In this document: in pieces, positions 63,701 to 64,000 of the stretch | Layout: each line of letters opens with the position of its first letter | How positions within the stretch are numbered: the stretch's first letter is position 1 | Assembly (NCBI GenBank): GCA_964016885.1 | Contig: CAXHJY010000898.1 | Span: 62,001-126,000, forward strand | Direction of reading: 5' to 3' | Origin: Eledone cirrhosa | Lineage: Eukaryota | DNA: 64,000 nt | Translations under genes and position numbers: made by a program | The notes under the pieces: model-generated | The model's input: the letters and a program-made list of their open reading frames with translations, nothing else | The model's database searches: none | Told to the model about the DNA's origin: nothing

Positions 63701-64000
63701 CTTAGCTTAGGATAGCTTAGCTTAGCTTAGCTTAGGATAGCTTAGCTTAGGTTAGCTTAGCTTAGCTTAGCTTAGGATAGCTTAGCTTAGGATAGCTTAG
63801 GATAGCTTAGCTTAGGATAGCTTAGCTTAGGATAGCTTAGGATAGCTTAGCTTAGGATAGCTTAGAATAGCTTAGCTTAGGATAGCTTAGCTTAGGATAG
63901 CTTAGGATAGCTTAGCTTAGCTTAGCTTAGGATAGCTTAGCTTAGCTTAGCTTAGGATAGCTTAGCTTAGCTTAGCTTAGGATAGCTTAGCTTAGCTTAG
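60780..64000 (+). repeat. Block Y, partial copy 3 (truncated by the window end)
   Basis: CTAGC 60792, TTAAC 61047, AAAGC 61387 followed by (TTAGC)9, TTTGG 62467, TCAGC 63067, TTAGA 63862. Offset is ~14600 from copy 2. Confidence 0.85.

Larger units (their letters stand above)
1..64000 (+). repeat. Compound pentamer satellite array (TTAGC)n interspersed with TTAGGATAGC; runs off both window ends
   Basis: Every line parses into TTAGC, TTAGG and ATAGC pentamers with sparse single-base variants. No inversion to the GCTAA orientation and no non-repeat insert was seen. Confidence 0.99.

Noticed and set aside
1-64000. Protein-coding ORFs
   Set aside because: TAG occurs in essentially every + strand pentamer, and the 5-bp period cycles it through all three frames. 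The - strand has TAA in GCTAA and CCTAA. No frame stays open under the standard code.
1-64000. CRISPR array or other repeat-spacer system
   Set aside because: There are no unique spacers, no leader and no cas genes. All variation is in the count of TTAGC units or in point variants.
1-64000. Canonical telomerase-made terminal (TTAGG)n tract or strong G-quadruplex array
   Set aside because: TTAGG never exceeds two consecutive copies. G-runs are only GG apart from rare TTGGG variants. Kb-scale duplicated SNP haplotypes argue for copying of existing DNA.
1-64000. Telomere-specific retrotransposon (TRAS/SART-type) or other mobile element insertion
   Set aside because: No non-repeat sequence, poly(A) tail, terminal repeat or target-site duplication was seen anywhere.
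1-64000. A/B pattern as an information-bearing code or synthetic data-storage construct
   Set aside because: The pattern is explained by nested duplication, slippage and point mutation. No evidence of encoding or engineered flanks was seen.
1-64000. Pure sequencing or basecalling artefact
   Set aside because: Rare variants recur in the same order at consistent multi-kb offsets, which random error would not produce. Copy number and block order could still be misassembled.
1-64000. Regulatory motifs (GATA-like GGATAG, AGGA Shine-Dalgarno-like)
   Set aside because: They are by-products of the repeat word, with no gene context to support a function.

Overview
The whole 64-kb window is one uninterrupted, single-orientation satellite array with no unique sequence. 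It is built from two words in a 5-bp register: A = TTAGC and B = TTAGG-ATAGC, usually with 0-3 A words between successive B words. GC is about 40% (2 of 5 bases in each pentamer) and CpG is almost absent. No genes, RNA genes, transposons or CRISPR can be supported, because stop codons recur every few codons in all six frames. The interest is structural. Rare variant pentamers act as barcodes and reveal nested higher-order duplications (about 280 bp, 620 bp, 0.8 kb, an apparently identical 1740-bp tandem, a ~3.5-kb block in 5 copies, and a ~21-kb-offset colinear super-duplication). They also show an underlying ~25-bp period kept by length-neutral B<->AA exchange, 19 frame-shifting indels that all read as 1-bp deletions, and two domains with different variant sets. 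The TTAGG word suggests, by inference only, a telomere-motif-related eukaryotic (possibly arthropod) subtelomeric, interstitial or centromeric satellite. All alignments were made by eye, so block boundaries are approximate.
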